IMG/VR virus record: IMGVR_UViG_3300049043_000112
Coordinates: 1-64,000 of that record
Length of the DNA stretch: 64,000 nucleotides
Direction: 5' to 3' (one strand)
Shown: positions 19,675 through 28,967 of the stretch, piece by piece
How the letters are laid out: every line of letters begins with the position of its first letter
Numbering within the stretch: position 1 is the stretch's first letter
Program-made: the position numbers and the translations under genes
Notes under the pieces: generated by a model
Told to the model about the DNA's origin: nothing
Seen by the model: the letters and a program-made list of their open reading frames with translations, nothing else
Database searches by the model: none

Positions 19675-20615
19675 TTGAACTCACACTCCACCATCAGTTC
19701 AGTCAATGCTGCCAAGGTATTAATCTCTTGATCTGCAACGAATCCACCTTGATACAGATACTTAGCGATAACAAGAACAGCAGCGGGGATGCTGGAAGGA
19801 GTAAGAGATTCGTAGCAAGCATCATAGACACGACGAAGAACAAGATGAGCATCGTTATCAAGGTTGGCGACAACCCACTTGCGAACTTCAGTAAAGTTTT
19901 TATCCTTAAGATTCTTGACCAGTTCATTTACAGAGATATCTGAGAAAGAAGCAAGAATTCCAGAATCAATCTGCCCACTTACGGAATATCGTTGGCACTC
20001 GTTGAGGACTCGTCGCCAGTCGGGGAAGTGCTTGTTGATGAGTTCTGCAAGGACTTTAGGATCGTATTGTACACGTTCTTCATCCAAGATGTTTTGTAAA
20101 CGCTTGAAGAAGGATCCTGCCAACTGGGTTTTCTCTTTCCCTTTGATTGAGAAATCGACAACGGCACATCGGGAGTGAAGGGGTTCAATGATTTTGTTTT
20201 TGTAGTTGCAGGTGAAGATGAAACGGCAGTTACCAGCAAACTCCTCAATAAACGCCCGTAGCAGGAGTTGTACGTCGTTCCCTGTGTTATCTGCTTCGTC
20301 AATGATGACGACTTTGTGTTTAGCATCTGACGAAAGCGAAACGGTCGAAGCGAAGTTCTTCGCATTGTTTCGGACAGTATCAAGGAATCTACCTTCGTCG
20401 GATCCATTAATGACATAAACATCTACTCCAAGTTCATTGCAGAGTGCTTTTGCTACTGTGGTCTTACCAATACCAGGAGGACCAGCAAGAAGCATATTTG
20501 GAATTTCACCAGTATTTAGAAAATCACTAAAGGTTTTTTTAATACCTTCAGGGAGAATACAATCTTCAATTGTCTTTGGGGCATACTTTGCTACCCACAA
20601 AAAATCACTGTTCAT
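19671..20615 (-). CDS. gp44: Clamp loader large subunit
   Basis: WVAKYAP, GPPGIGKT, IIDEAD, SRC, FPDWRR. Confidence 0.96.
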   Translation of the reverse strand: MNSDFLWVAKYAPKTIEDCILPEGIKKTFSDFLNTGEIPNMLLAGPPGIGKTTVAKALCNELGVDVYVINGSDEGRFLDTVRNNAKNFASTVSLSSDAKHKVVIIDEADNTGNDVQLLLRAFIEEFAGNCRFIFTCNYKNKIIEPLHSRCAVVDFSIKGKEKTQLAGSFFKRLQNILDEERVQYDPKVLAELINKHFPDWRRVLNECQRYSVSGQIDSGILASFSDISVNELVKNLKDKNFTEVRKWVVANLDNDAHLVLRRVYDACYESLTPSSIPAAVLVIAKYLYQGGFVADQEINTLAALTELMVECEFK

Positions 20616-20618
20616 AAT

Positions 20619-21131
20619 TTAGATCCATTCAGGTTTACGTTCTGGCATACGAAGATAATTAGATGCAACCCAAGGTTTGGATGCGATATACATCTTGTAA
20701 GCAGTAAAAGTGTCAATGCTTGTGTCAAGTTTATACTCATCAGGCATTGCACGAGCAAAAGAAGTTACTTCAGTAATTTTTCCTTTAGGGAAAAGATAAT
20801 AAGCACCTAGAAGAGTATTATAGCACGAATGGATTTTTCCATATCGCACAGAATACTCATCACACAAATTCATACCGTGTTTGATTAACCAATAAGCATT
20901 ATGGATACTATCCAATGCCCATTTGGTACAGGGATGATTACGAAACGCTCCTTTTTCCGTCTTGTATGGAGTGTTATCAGACTTATATAAATTGCCATAA
21001 TTGTGACCCCATTTACTAGAGGCAACAATAGAAAGCATCTGACAGCACTCCAACGGCATTTTAACAATATGTTTATCGGGAAGACAAATTGCACTTTCAG
21101 CAGGCCAAGGAGATGTTACGAAGATATTCAT
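20619..21131 (-). CDS. Pyrimidine-dimer DNA glycosylase-like (DenV-related) protein
   Basis: MNIFVT...LPDKHIVKMPLECCQML...NHPCTKW, recognised from memory of the family. Confidence 0.55.
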   Translation of the reverse strand: MNIFVTSPWPAESAICLPDKHIVKMPLECCQMLSIVASSKWGHNYGNLYKSDNTPYKTEKGAFRNHPCTKWALDSIHNAYWLIKHGMNLCDEYSVRYGKIHSCYNTLLGAYYLFPKGKITEVTSFARAMPDEYKLDTSIDTFTAYKMYIASKPWVASNYLRMPERKPEWI

Positions 21132-21553
21132 CAGAGACAATACTTTTGAATTACATATTTGACCTTATTTGGTTTATCTTCCATCCAATATGCTTCATGT
21201 TCAATTTGAGCAGAAGCACTAGATGTCTTAACAGAATTCCTAATATCTTGATATTTGAATGCTGGAAGAATCATATCTTTTTTAGATATTCCAAATGGTT
21301 TATAACCATTACACAGATGAGCAACGTGAGTAGCTTCGTGATAAACGGTTTCATTAATGTAGTACTTTGCATCAAAACCACTTTGCTTGATGTTTTTGGT
21401 GCAGATTACAAACTTTCGTCCAAAATCTGCATAACCAAAAATATCTTTATTACTTCTACAATAATTAACATTTTCACGAACAGAATATCTTGCCTGATAA
21501 ACTTGGTTAAGAATGTCTTTTGCTTGAGGAGTAAGATAAAGTAAAAATTCCAT
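21131..21553 (-). CDS. Small zinc metalloprotease-like protein (HExxH)
   Basis: ETVYHEATHVAH...EHEAYW. Confidence 0.65.
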   Translation of the reverse strand: MEFLLYLTPQAKDILNQVYQARYSVRENVNYCRSNKDIFGYADFGRKFVICTKNIKQSGFDAKYYINETVYHEATHVAHLCNGYKPFGISKKDMILPAFKYQDIRNSVKTSSASAQIEHEAYWMEDKPNKVKYVIQKYCL

Positions 21554-22218
21554 CACCCAAAGGTCGAATCAGGTTCCAGAGCAATATAATACTTCAGGTT
21601 GTACTTGCTGTTCGTGAATTGTGACAGAAGTTTAGAAGACACCACAACATCATAGGCACCAGGAATAATCTTGATGTTTTCTACCTTGAAGTTAAAAGTG
21701 AACTCGGCATCGGTTTCACCAACCACGATGGAGTATTCGTTGGAAGTATCGTTCTTCTTATCACGAACCACCAGTTTAACCACACCTGCTTCGCCAACAG
21801 CAGAAAGGTCGGGAAGTTGATACACTGCTGCTGCCTTAATCAGTTTCTCCAGAGTCACACTATCCAGTTGGAAACACACATCTTCAGAAGGAAGTTGAAT
21901 GTCCTTATCGGGAGGAGAAATAATCACGTTAGGATCGGCAAAGAAATACTTAACACGACGCTTACCTTCCTTGATGCTCAGATAAGATCCTTCAGCAAAA
22001 TCAAGGTCGGGATCCTGATGAAGACTCAGACCATTCAAAAACTGGTTGAGGTCATAAATGGCAAAATCACGGGGGAACTCTTCCGTAATGTCTGCCTCTG
22101 CAAGAATGTTCTTAGCAACGGAAATAGTGCGGAGACGGTTGCCTTGCTTCACAAGAATGGAGTTATTGATACCAGCAAAGTTCTTGAGCAGAGCGAGAGT
22201 ATTATCAGAGAGTTTCAT
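21553..22218 (-). CDS. gp45: Sliding clamp
   Basis: MKLSDNTLALLKNFAGINNSI...FAIYDLNQFL...YYIALEPDS. Confidence 0.96.
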   Translation of the reverse strand: MKLSDNTLALLKNFAGINNSILVKQGNRLRTISVAKNILAEADITEEFPRDFAIYDLNQFLNGLSLHQDPDLDFAEGSYLSIKEGKRRVKYFFADPNVIISPPDKDIQLPSEDVCFQLDSVTLEKLIKAAAVYQLPDLSAVGEAGVVKLVVRDKKNDTSNEYSIVVGETDAEFTFNFKVENIKIIPGAYDVVVSSKLLSQFTNSKYNLKYYIALEPDSTFG

Positions 22219-22241
22219 AGATTTGTTTTGGATTTTCATAA

Positions 22242-22670
22242 TCAACGAGTAAATTCAGTAAAACCATTATCTTTACGGGAATAGTGCCCGTCGAAGTGGA
22301 GCAGAAGCATAGCATAGTGAATGACTTTGAGAAGGTCACGCTTATTACGTCCATCTTTATCACCATAGCGACTACCATACTTCAGGATGTTTGCCTGACA
22401 GAAATGTGTGGCAAGGTCTTTTGCTGCCATCAGGTCAATCGTTTGCGTATCTTTGTAGTCTTGATTGTGACCACAGTAGTGGCTGCCATAAGTGCTGGTT
22501 ACATAATCCTGGACATCTTTCAGGATTTTATCTTCGTTATATTTCCAAAGGTGGTTGGTTGTTTCACTCATAGTAGGTTTTTTACCAAAAAGAATTTCGT
22601 TTGGTTTGTCAGAAAGAGTAAATTGATACTCAGAATAAGGATACTCGTCCATAATAAAAGGGAAGGTCAT
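22242..22670 (-). CDS. Conserved hypothetical (DUF3310-like)
   Basis: TYGSHY...FCQANILKYGSRYGDKDG...DLLKVIHY; own promoter directly upstream. Confidence 0.7.
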   Translation of the reverse strand: MTFPFIMDEYPYSEYQFTLSDKPNEILFGKKPTMSETTNHLWKYNEDKILKDVQDYVTSTYGSHYCGHNQDYKDTQTIDLMAAKDLATHFCQANILKYGSRYGDKDGRNKRDLLKVIHYAMLLLHFDGHYSRKDNGFTEFTR

Positions 22671-22686
22671 AGTTTTACCTTCCCCA

Positions 22687-22715
22687 ATTATATCAGAAAA
22701 CTTCCTCAGAGGCAA
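22687..22715 (-). promoter_or_regulatory. Sigma70-type promoter in the cobS 3' end
   Basis: TTGCCT-N17-TATAAT, 17 nt before the ATG at 22670. Confidence 0.7.
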
Positions 22716-23829
22716 ATGCTGCACGGACTTCTTTTTCAGAAGGACCAGCAGGCATCTGGAAGTCAGCATCCACCTTGTCATACAGTTCCAGGAACGATTG
22801 CTTGGTCTCATCATCAAAGCGGTTCACGCACACTTGGATTGCCTTTGCCTTGTCTTGGAAGATGCTGTAGGCACGGATGATGTGAACCAGGCGGCGGGTG
22901 CTGATGATTTCCTCAATACCACCATCGTAGAAGGTTTTGCGGATGATGTCTGCCCAGTCCACAAGACGCTTACAGAAATCGCGGTCTTCCACACCCAGGT
23001 CCAGAGCGATGCCTTCAAGGATCTTCTGTTCGGTAGCAGGAGCAGGATAAGACTGCTCGAAGGTCACAGGAAAACGCTCAAGGAATGCTTCGTTGAGCAC
23101 GTTGGTGCCGATAAAGCGACCGTCATCAGAACCCTTACCTTTGGTGTTGGCGGTGGCGATGATATTGAAACCAGCGGAAGGATTGACCCAACGACCAATC
23201 TTTTTCAGGAACACACCTTTACCTTCCAAAATAGATTGAAGGCACAGAATCTTGTTAGAAGCAAGGTCAATCTCATCCAGCAGCAGAATGGCACCACGCT
23301 CAAGTGCCTCAATCACAGGACCATTATGCCACACAGTTTCACCACTTACCAGGCGGAAACCACCAATCAGGTCATCTTCATCAGTCTCAATGGTAACGTT
23401 CACACGAATCATTTCACGCTTAAGTTGAGCACACGCTTGCTCCACACTGAACGTTTTACCGTTACCCGACAGACCCGTAATGAACGTAGGGTAAAAGAGA
23501 CGGGACTGAATAATTTTTTTAATATCGTTAAAGTTACCAAACTTGACGAAGGTATCATCTTTATCAGGAATAAGATTTTGTTCAACAGCAGGGAGAGCAG
23601 CAGGTGCTTGGTATGCTTGCTCCATCTTACCAACAACAGTAGGAGTCACTTCCAGATTCCAACGACCACGACCAGTCTTGTAACCTTCCAGGCGGCGGGT
23701 TACGGTCTGGTAGTTCAGACCACGAGAAGCACAGAAACCCTTCAGGTCGCCAGTGGTAATTTCGGAACCATACAGTTCTTTAATGGACTCAATCAGTTGG
23801 GCGTCGTTCACAGAAGACTTGCGAGACAT
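22693..23829 (-). CDS. cobS: MoxR/CobS-like AAA+ ATPase
   Basis: GLSGNGKT, ETDEDDLIGG, LLLDEID, TANTKG, NEAFLERF, ISTRRL. Confidence 0.92.
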   Translation of the reverse strand: MSRKSSVNDAQLIESIKELYGSEITTGDLKGFCASRGLNYQTVTRRLEGYKTGRGRWNLEVTPTVVGKMEQAYQAPAALPAVEQNLIPDKDDTFVKFGNFNDIKKIIQSRLFYPTFITGLSGNGKTFSVEQACAQLKREMIRVNVTIETDEDDLIGGFRLVSGETVWHNGPVIEALERGAILLLDEIDLASNKILCLQSILEGKGVFLKKIGRWVNPSAGFNIIATANTKGKGSDDGRFIGTNVLNEAFLERFPVTFEQSYPAPATEQKILEGIALDLGVEDRDFCKRLVDWADIIRKTFYDGGIEEIISTRRLVHIIRAYSIFQDKAKAIQVCVNRFDDETKQSFLELYDKVDADFQMPAGPSEKEVRAAFASEEVF

Positions 23830-23861
23830 AATCTAGTTAGGTGTGTTTGTTAACTGAAGTT

Positions 23862-23916
23862 ATTATAGCAATAAAAAAGGGGCATCCAAGTGCCCCATGT
23901 GACGGTTTAAAAAGTG
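23862..23916 (-). promoter_or_regulatory. Early promoter/terminator composite with an upstream 19-bp motif
   Basis: CACTTTTTAAACCGTCACA, hairpin GGGGCA-CTTGGA-TGCCCC, T6, TATAAT. Confidence 0.7.
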
Positions 23917-23927
23917 TACACTAAAAT

Positions 23928-24143
23928 CTATTTTTTCTTTTTAGAAGTTGATGGAGAAACACTTCTCTCAAAGGGTGTACCTTCCTGAACTAATCCGTCA
24001 CCATCACGATCTGTAGCATTTGGATTATATCCAATTGCTTTTGATTCTGATGATGAAGCAGCAACTGGTGATGGTGCAGTAGGAGCAGCAGGAGATGGTG
24101 CTTCCACTATTGATTCTTCAATTAAATCTGAAAATCTACTCAT
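23928..24143 (-). CDS. 71-aa late peptide with a DxDxDG loop
   Basis: MSRFSDLIEE, Pro/Ala linker, ATDRDGDGLVQEGTPFER, basic tail; GATAAATA at 24168-24175. Confidence 0.7.
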   Translation of the reverse strand: MSRFSDLIEESIVEAPSPAAPTAPSPVAASSSESKAIGYNPNATDRDGDGLVQEGTPFERSVSPSTSKKKK

Positions 24144-24173
24144 TAAATCTGATAGAACTCTTTGAAATATTTA

Positions 24174-26330
24174 TCAAGCGACAAGTTCTACAAACTCACT
24201 CAAAATTTTCTTATTCATTTTTTTAGACTTAAGACTCTTTACAAAGGCAGACTTGATTTGAGTCTTGGTCGCATCTTCAGCAACTTCAAACTCACTATTC
24301 TGAGCGAGAGCATTTGCCGACAGACCAAAGTAAGCATGGTAACCAGAGTTCTTGATGGCAAAAGACTTTTCCTTCCTCCAAGAACCCATCACTTTTTCGT
24401 GCTCGGGACCATACCATCCACAATAACGACGAATAAAGTTACCAGCATCACGAGATTCAAGAACACGAATACCAATAAAGTTGATATCGGTAAAGTTGTG
24501 CCTCAAATTCTGAAGAAGAATATCAGTAAATTTCCACCAGTCACCATCACAAGAATAAGTATGACCAGTCTTGCGATCACGAATAAAAGCATTTGCCCCA
24601 ATAGTAGAAACTCCAAGATAAGGACCATCTTCCCAATGACGCTTGACTTCACGATGATATTTTACCATACAAGCTTCACCATCAGTCAAAATCACACACT
24701 GAACTTTTTGGAGTTTATTTTCTTTCTGAAACTTAGGAAGAATCTGATGAAGAGAAATCAGTGCCTCATTCAGGGGAGTACCTGAAAGAGAAAGACCCAG
24801 AGGAATAGAATAACGGGAATAGTGGTGGCGATGATTTGCGTAAGCAAGGCGGAAAATATTTTTCATCTGGTCTTCCAGAGTTTTACCATTCACTTTGCTG
24901 GTCAACAGGTTCATCATAGAGAACCACTCACCAACGTGAACCAGACCATCTTTCCTTTCATAAGCAAGTTCACGAAGATTTGCTTTACCATCTTCACTAT
25001 ACTTGACCAAAGGATACTCAGTTGTGAAGGCATAAACCTCAAAAGGAATCGCAACTTTCTTGCAGAACCAAATCAGGTTAAACAGTTGCTTTACGGTATC
25101 AGTCATCACATCACACATTGAACCAGACCAGTCCAACACAAACACTAGACCGTGATTCTTACCATCGGCAAGAGTGGTGACTTTCTTGAACAGGTCTTCG
25201 TTGTACTTGTAAGTATGAAGTTTAGAGCAGTCCAGAACGCCTGTGCGGGCAGTAGAGGCACGAGAATATGAATCTGCTGCCTTGCGGCACTCAAACTCTT
25301 TCACCAGATAGTTAACTTCCTTCTGAGCAGAACGCTTGAACTCTACGAACTGACGATCAACTTCACCAAAGATATCAAGATATGAATAGTCAAGTTTTTC
25401 AAGATAATCATCCCAAGATTCTTTACAACGAGCATGAATCTCTTGATTAGGAACAATCACTTTATTCAAATCAAGTTTAGGAAGTTCCAGGTAAACGTTC
25501 TCATAGACATCATTACCTACAAGGTTTTTCAGTGCCTCTTCAAGAGACTCCATCGTTTTCACTTCAGGATCTCCATTCTTCTCACCACCTTCGTTACTAG
25601 GTTGTTGCTGCTGCTGTTGCCGCTGAGAAGTTTCGGAGGAAGAAGCACCATCAGAACCTTCGGACTCAGGTTGGTCGTTCTCACCTTCCTGTTGGTCACT
25701 GAAATCAGAAGCGGGTTGCTGATTAGCACCGCTCTGTTGCGATTCAAGATTATCCAGAGAAATCTTGGTTTCCTCTTCTTGCTTGTGCTTACAATACTTG
25801 TAGAGTGCCTCTGCGGCAATCAGAACATCAGCAAAGGTTTCGGTCTCTGCAATCTGATTGATAATATCCGTCTCCTCACCACGTTCAATAAGAATATCAG
25901 TATAATTACCAATTTTGAACCACAGGTTTGCACGGTCTGCAAGATTATAAGTTTCCAGATTATCGTCTTTGATTTGGAAGAAATCATCATCAGCAAGTTC
26001 CTTGTATCCGTTGAAGAAGGTCTTCGCCAGACCAGGATAACGACGCTTCATCAGTTTCTCAATACGAGCATCCTCAACCACATTCACAAATTGCGGAGGA
26101 ATCTTATATTCTTTCAACCAGTCTTCATCAGGTGTATAGAGAGCATGACCCACCTCGTGACCCACCAGAAGGTCATAGACGGTGTTGCTTGCCTTCTCCC
26201 ACATCGGCAGGGTCAGCACACGAGTATGAACGTTGAAGCAGGCAGTCTCCACTTTCTTGTGCTCAACCACAAGGTCTTCGGTAGCAAGGAGCTTGGCGAG
26301 TTGAGATTTGATTTCGTGAGAAACAGGCAT
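24174..26330 (-). CDS. CobT-like protein: N-terminal HExxH peptidase-like domain plus C-terminal vWA domain
   Basis: HEVGHA, NVVEDARIE, MIDAS LDWSGSM, TPLNE, ILTDGE; start MPVSHEIK at 26330. Confidence 0.88.
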   Translation of the reverse strand: MPVSHEIKSQLAKLLATEDLVVEHKKVETACFNVHTRVLTLPMWEKASNTVYDLLVGHEVGHALYTPDEDWLKEYKIPPQFVNVVEDARIEKLMKRRYPGLAKTFFNGYKELADDDFFQIKDDNLETYNLADRANLWFKIGNYTDILIERGEETDIINQIAETETFADVLIAAEALYKYCKHKQEEETKISLDNLESQQSGANQQPASDFSDQQEGENDQPESEGSDGASSSETSQRQQQQQQPSNEGGEKNGDPEVKTMESLEEALKNLVGNDVYENVYLELPKLDLNKVIVPNQEIHARCKESWDDYLEKLDYSYLDIFGEVDRQFVEFKRSAQKEVNYLVKEFECRKAADSYSRASTARTGVLDCSKLHTYKYNEDLFKKVTTLADGKNHGLVFVLDWSGSMCDVMTDTVKQLFNLIWFCKKVAIPFEVYAFTTEYPLVKYSEDGKANLRELAYERKDGLVHVGEWFSMMNLLTSKVNGKTLEDQMKNIFRLAYANHRHHYSRYSIPLGLSLSGTPLNEALISLHQILPKFQKENKLQKVQCVILTDGEACMVKYHREVKRHWEDGPYLGVSTIGANAFIRDRKTGHTYSCDGDWWKFTDILLQNLRHNFTDINFIGIRVLESRDAGNFIRRYCGWYGPEHEKVMGSWRKEKSFAIKNSGYHAYFGLSANALAQNSEFEVAEDATKTQIKSAFVKSLKSKKMNKKILSEFVELVA

Positions 26331-26351
26331 TAGTTTGTTGCGTATGAAATC

Positions 26352-26404
26352 ATTATACAAAAAAGAGGGTGGTCAAACCCTCTTGTGTGCCAGTTTAGAA
26401 AGTG
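26352..26404 (-). promoter_or_regulatory. Early promoter/terminator composite with an upstream 19-bp motif
   Basis: CACTTTCTAAACTGGCACA, hairpin GAGGGT-TTGACC-ACCCTC, T-tract, TATAAT (TTGACC to -10 spacing is only 13 nt). Confidence 0.6.
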
Positions 26405-26407
26405 GTC

Positions 26408-26825
26408 TCAACCTTCAATAATACTCTGCTTCCACTCTTCACTCATATTTGCCATAATAGCAAGAGCTGCCTTGTTGGTGTCTGCGTAACCTTCGGAAAC
26501 TAAGTATTCTAGCAGATAATCAAAGAGATCAGTTTCTTCACGAAGTCTTGGATTTTTTAAAGCATCATTAATCTCACCCATTTTTCCTCTGGGAGACCCC
26601 TTACCACCATCACCATCATCTTTCATAGCTTGTGTTTCTTAATTTATCTGCTCTCTTCATCATTGCTTCCCTCTTTTTTCCAGCAGGAAGTTTTTTAAAT
26701 CCTTTCCCTACAGGACCGTATGGAAGTCCTGCCTCATCAAGTGCTTCTACTTCTTCTATTTCTTCTGTTTTTACATAAACAGAAGCATAAGCCTCCATCA
26801 AATCCTTAATTTGTTTTGCTTCCAT
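26408..26825 (-). CDS. Late hypothetical protein (probable head-associated), +1 indel near 26635
   Basis: MEAKQIKDLMEAYASVY...DLFDYLLEYLVSEGYADTNKAALAIMANMSEEW; exact TATAAATA at 26846-26853. Confidence 0.7.
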
Positions 26826-26840
26826 TTTTATAAAGACTTT

Positions 26841-26990
26841 TTAAATATTTATAAATGAAGAAGCGTCCCCGTGTTGGAGACGCTTCTTGAGTGCTTGGCG
26901 ACGTGCCTTTGCTTGTCGGAGTGCTTGCGGTTTTAGTTTCCGCTTCTGATCCTTCTTAGAGTGGTGATAGCGGTTGGGGACTTGCATCAT
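26841..26990 (-). CDS. 49-aa basic peptide
   Basis: MMQVPNRYHHSKKDQKRKLKPQALRQAKARRQALKKRLQHGDASSFINI*; contains hairpin GAAGCGTC/GACGCTTC at 26860-26886. Not in the ORF track. Confidence 0.55.
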   Translation of the reverse strand: MMQVPNRYHHSKKDQKRKLKPQALRQAKARRQALKKRLQHGDASSFINI

Positions 26991-28714
26991 TCTTGTGTCG
27001 ATGAAGACACTCTACGGGAAAAACCTTTGACTTTTTCGAATTGTATGACACTTTCAAATCTGTCACGCATATCGGTCTTATGAGAAATCACAAAGATATT
27101 AGCATCTTTAATCACATAACGGATAATCTTCAGGAACTCATCAGTTCCGAATCCATCAAGCGATGAATCAAAGACCTCATCCATAATCAGCAGATTAGTA
27201 TTTACGGAGTTTTTGACTCGGGCAACTTCTCTCCAAGTGAAGAGAAGGGCAAGATCGATTCTCATTTTCTCACCCTCACTAAAAGAACTATAAGAAAAGT
27301 CTTCGTGAATGGGTGATTTTACCGTTTCGTTAAACTCTTCATCCAGATGGAAATTAATATAAAAATCCATCATCTGAAGATAACGATTCACCTGCTGATT
27401 TATGAACGGAAGATACTTCTTGATTATCTTCGTTTTAACGCCATCGTCCTTGAGTAAGGAATAGGCAAAATCGTAATAAACGATTTCTTCTTTTTCTTTG
27501 AAAGGTCTTCGAATGTTTTTTGGAGATTGGTTTGAAATTCTTCTAACTTCTCATGCTCAAGTATTTCTGTTTGCAAGGTTTTGGGTAATAGTTTGAACTT
27601 CATTTTCAAGATCTCGGATTTGTCGCTGGTTAAGTGATATCCGAGTATTGTTTTGAGAAATCTCATGGTTGAGTTTCGTAATCTCCTTAGATAGAACTGT
27701 GAATTGACGCTCTCTCTCCTGTTCTAACTTTATAGTCTCCTTAAGTTCTTGAAAACCTTTCTGGAGTTCCTTTGCCTTATTTTGAGCGTCTGCAATTCTA
27801 TTTAACCGAAACTCTTCTTCTATAGTCTGAGTACAGGTGGGGCAGACCGTATTTTCTGTGAAGAACTTATGTTCTTTGGTAATAGCAGATACTTTCTGAG
27901 ATATTTTACCCTTAAGATTGTTAAGCTTTACTAACTTATCACCAGCACCTATGACTTCTTCTTGATCTTTGGTGTATTTAAAAACTTCCTCTTCTATCTT
28001 GGCATTTTCGGTCATATAAACACCAACTTCGGTATCTAAATTGGCAATCTTTTCTTTGTTGGCATTTATATTGGCGTTACCACGATTCTCAAGTTCCTCA
28101 ATGAATTCTTGTTGCATCTTCATCTTGTCCTTAAGAGTTTCCTTCTTAAGTTCAAGAGATTTTACTTGGTCTTTCTTTTCACGAATCTTATCTTTAATAA
28201 GATTATTCATTGCAGAAAAAATACGAATATCCAAAAGGTCTTCAATTACTTCTCGACGATTAGAAGTAGTCAATTGCATAAAAGGTACAAAAGTACTACT
28301 CCCTAAAATTACAATCTGAGTGAAAGATTTGTAATTTACCTTTAAAATATTATCTTCAAGAATTCTTTGATTGGCACGGTCATCTGCTTCCTTGTGTAAA
28401 GGAACACCATTTACTTCAATATCAAAAACATTTGGTTTGATACCACGACGAACCAAATAATCACGACTATTAATTGAAAACTGAATTTCTACAAGACAAT
28501 CTTTCTCATTAGTCGTATTAACTAACTGAGGTTTGTTAATCTTTCGAAATGGTTTATTGAAGAGAACAAAAGTTAAGGCATCCAGTACTGTGGATTTACC
28601 AGCACCATTGGTTCCTATGATTAAGTTTGTATGATGTTTTTCAAAATCAACTTCGGTCCACTGATTTCCAGTTGAAAGAAAATTTTTCCATTTAATCTTG
28701 TGAAATACTAACAT
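26987..28714 (-). CDS. gp46: Recombination endonuclease SbcC/Rad50-like subunit, two indels (~27560, ~27495)
   Basis: GTNGAGKS, CPTC hook, FSEGEKMRIDLAL, LIMDEVFDSSLD. Confidence 0.95.
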
Positions 28715-28967
28715 TCTTAGGGGGAATTACGATATCGTCAGGAGTGATCACAGCATACTTGTAATTATAAGTCCTACACGTCTTTATGGCAAGCTCATCA
28801 TCAACTTCCACAACTTCCATTTCTTGTTCTTCTTGATCTTCAAGCATCAAAGCATAACGAGTAGCATCATCTTCTTCCTCAAACAAAAATAGAACCTTAT
28901 GACCATATTGGTCTTGAACTGCATATGCTCCGTCGTCTTTTCTGTCCTTAAGGGTAAGAAGAAACAT
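28692..28967 (-). CDS. Conserved hypothetical between gp47 and gp46
   Basis: DGAYAV...LFLFEEEDDATRYALML...YAVITPDDIVIPP. Confidence 0.75.
   Translation of the reverse strand: MFLLTLKDRKDDGAYAVQDQYGHKVLFLFEEEDDATRYALMLEDQEEQEMEVVEVDDELAIKTCRTYNYKYAVITPDDIVIPPKNVSISQD

Noticed and set aside
22798-23853. 351-aa + strand ORF
   Set aside because: Exact antisense shadow of the cobS-like gene; no RBS, promoter or motif; expected from codon bias.
22693-26330. Cobalamin biosynthesis role for cobS/cobT-like genes
   Set aside because: No CobN or other cob genes in the window; the motifs only support a generic MoxR AAA+/vWA pair.
25434-26333. 299-aa + strand ORF, and the many other short + strand or alternative-frame ORFs in the track
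   Set aside because: They lie opposite or within well-supported minus-strand genes and show mirror-image composition.
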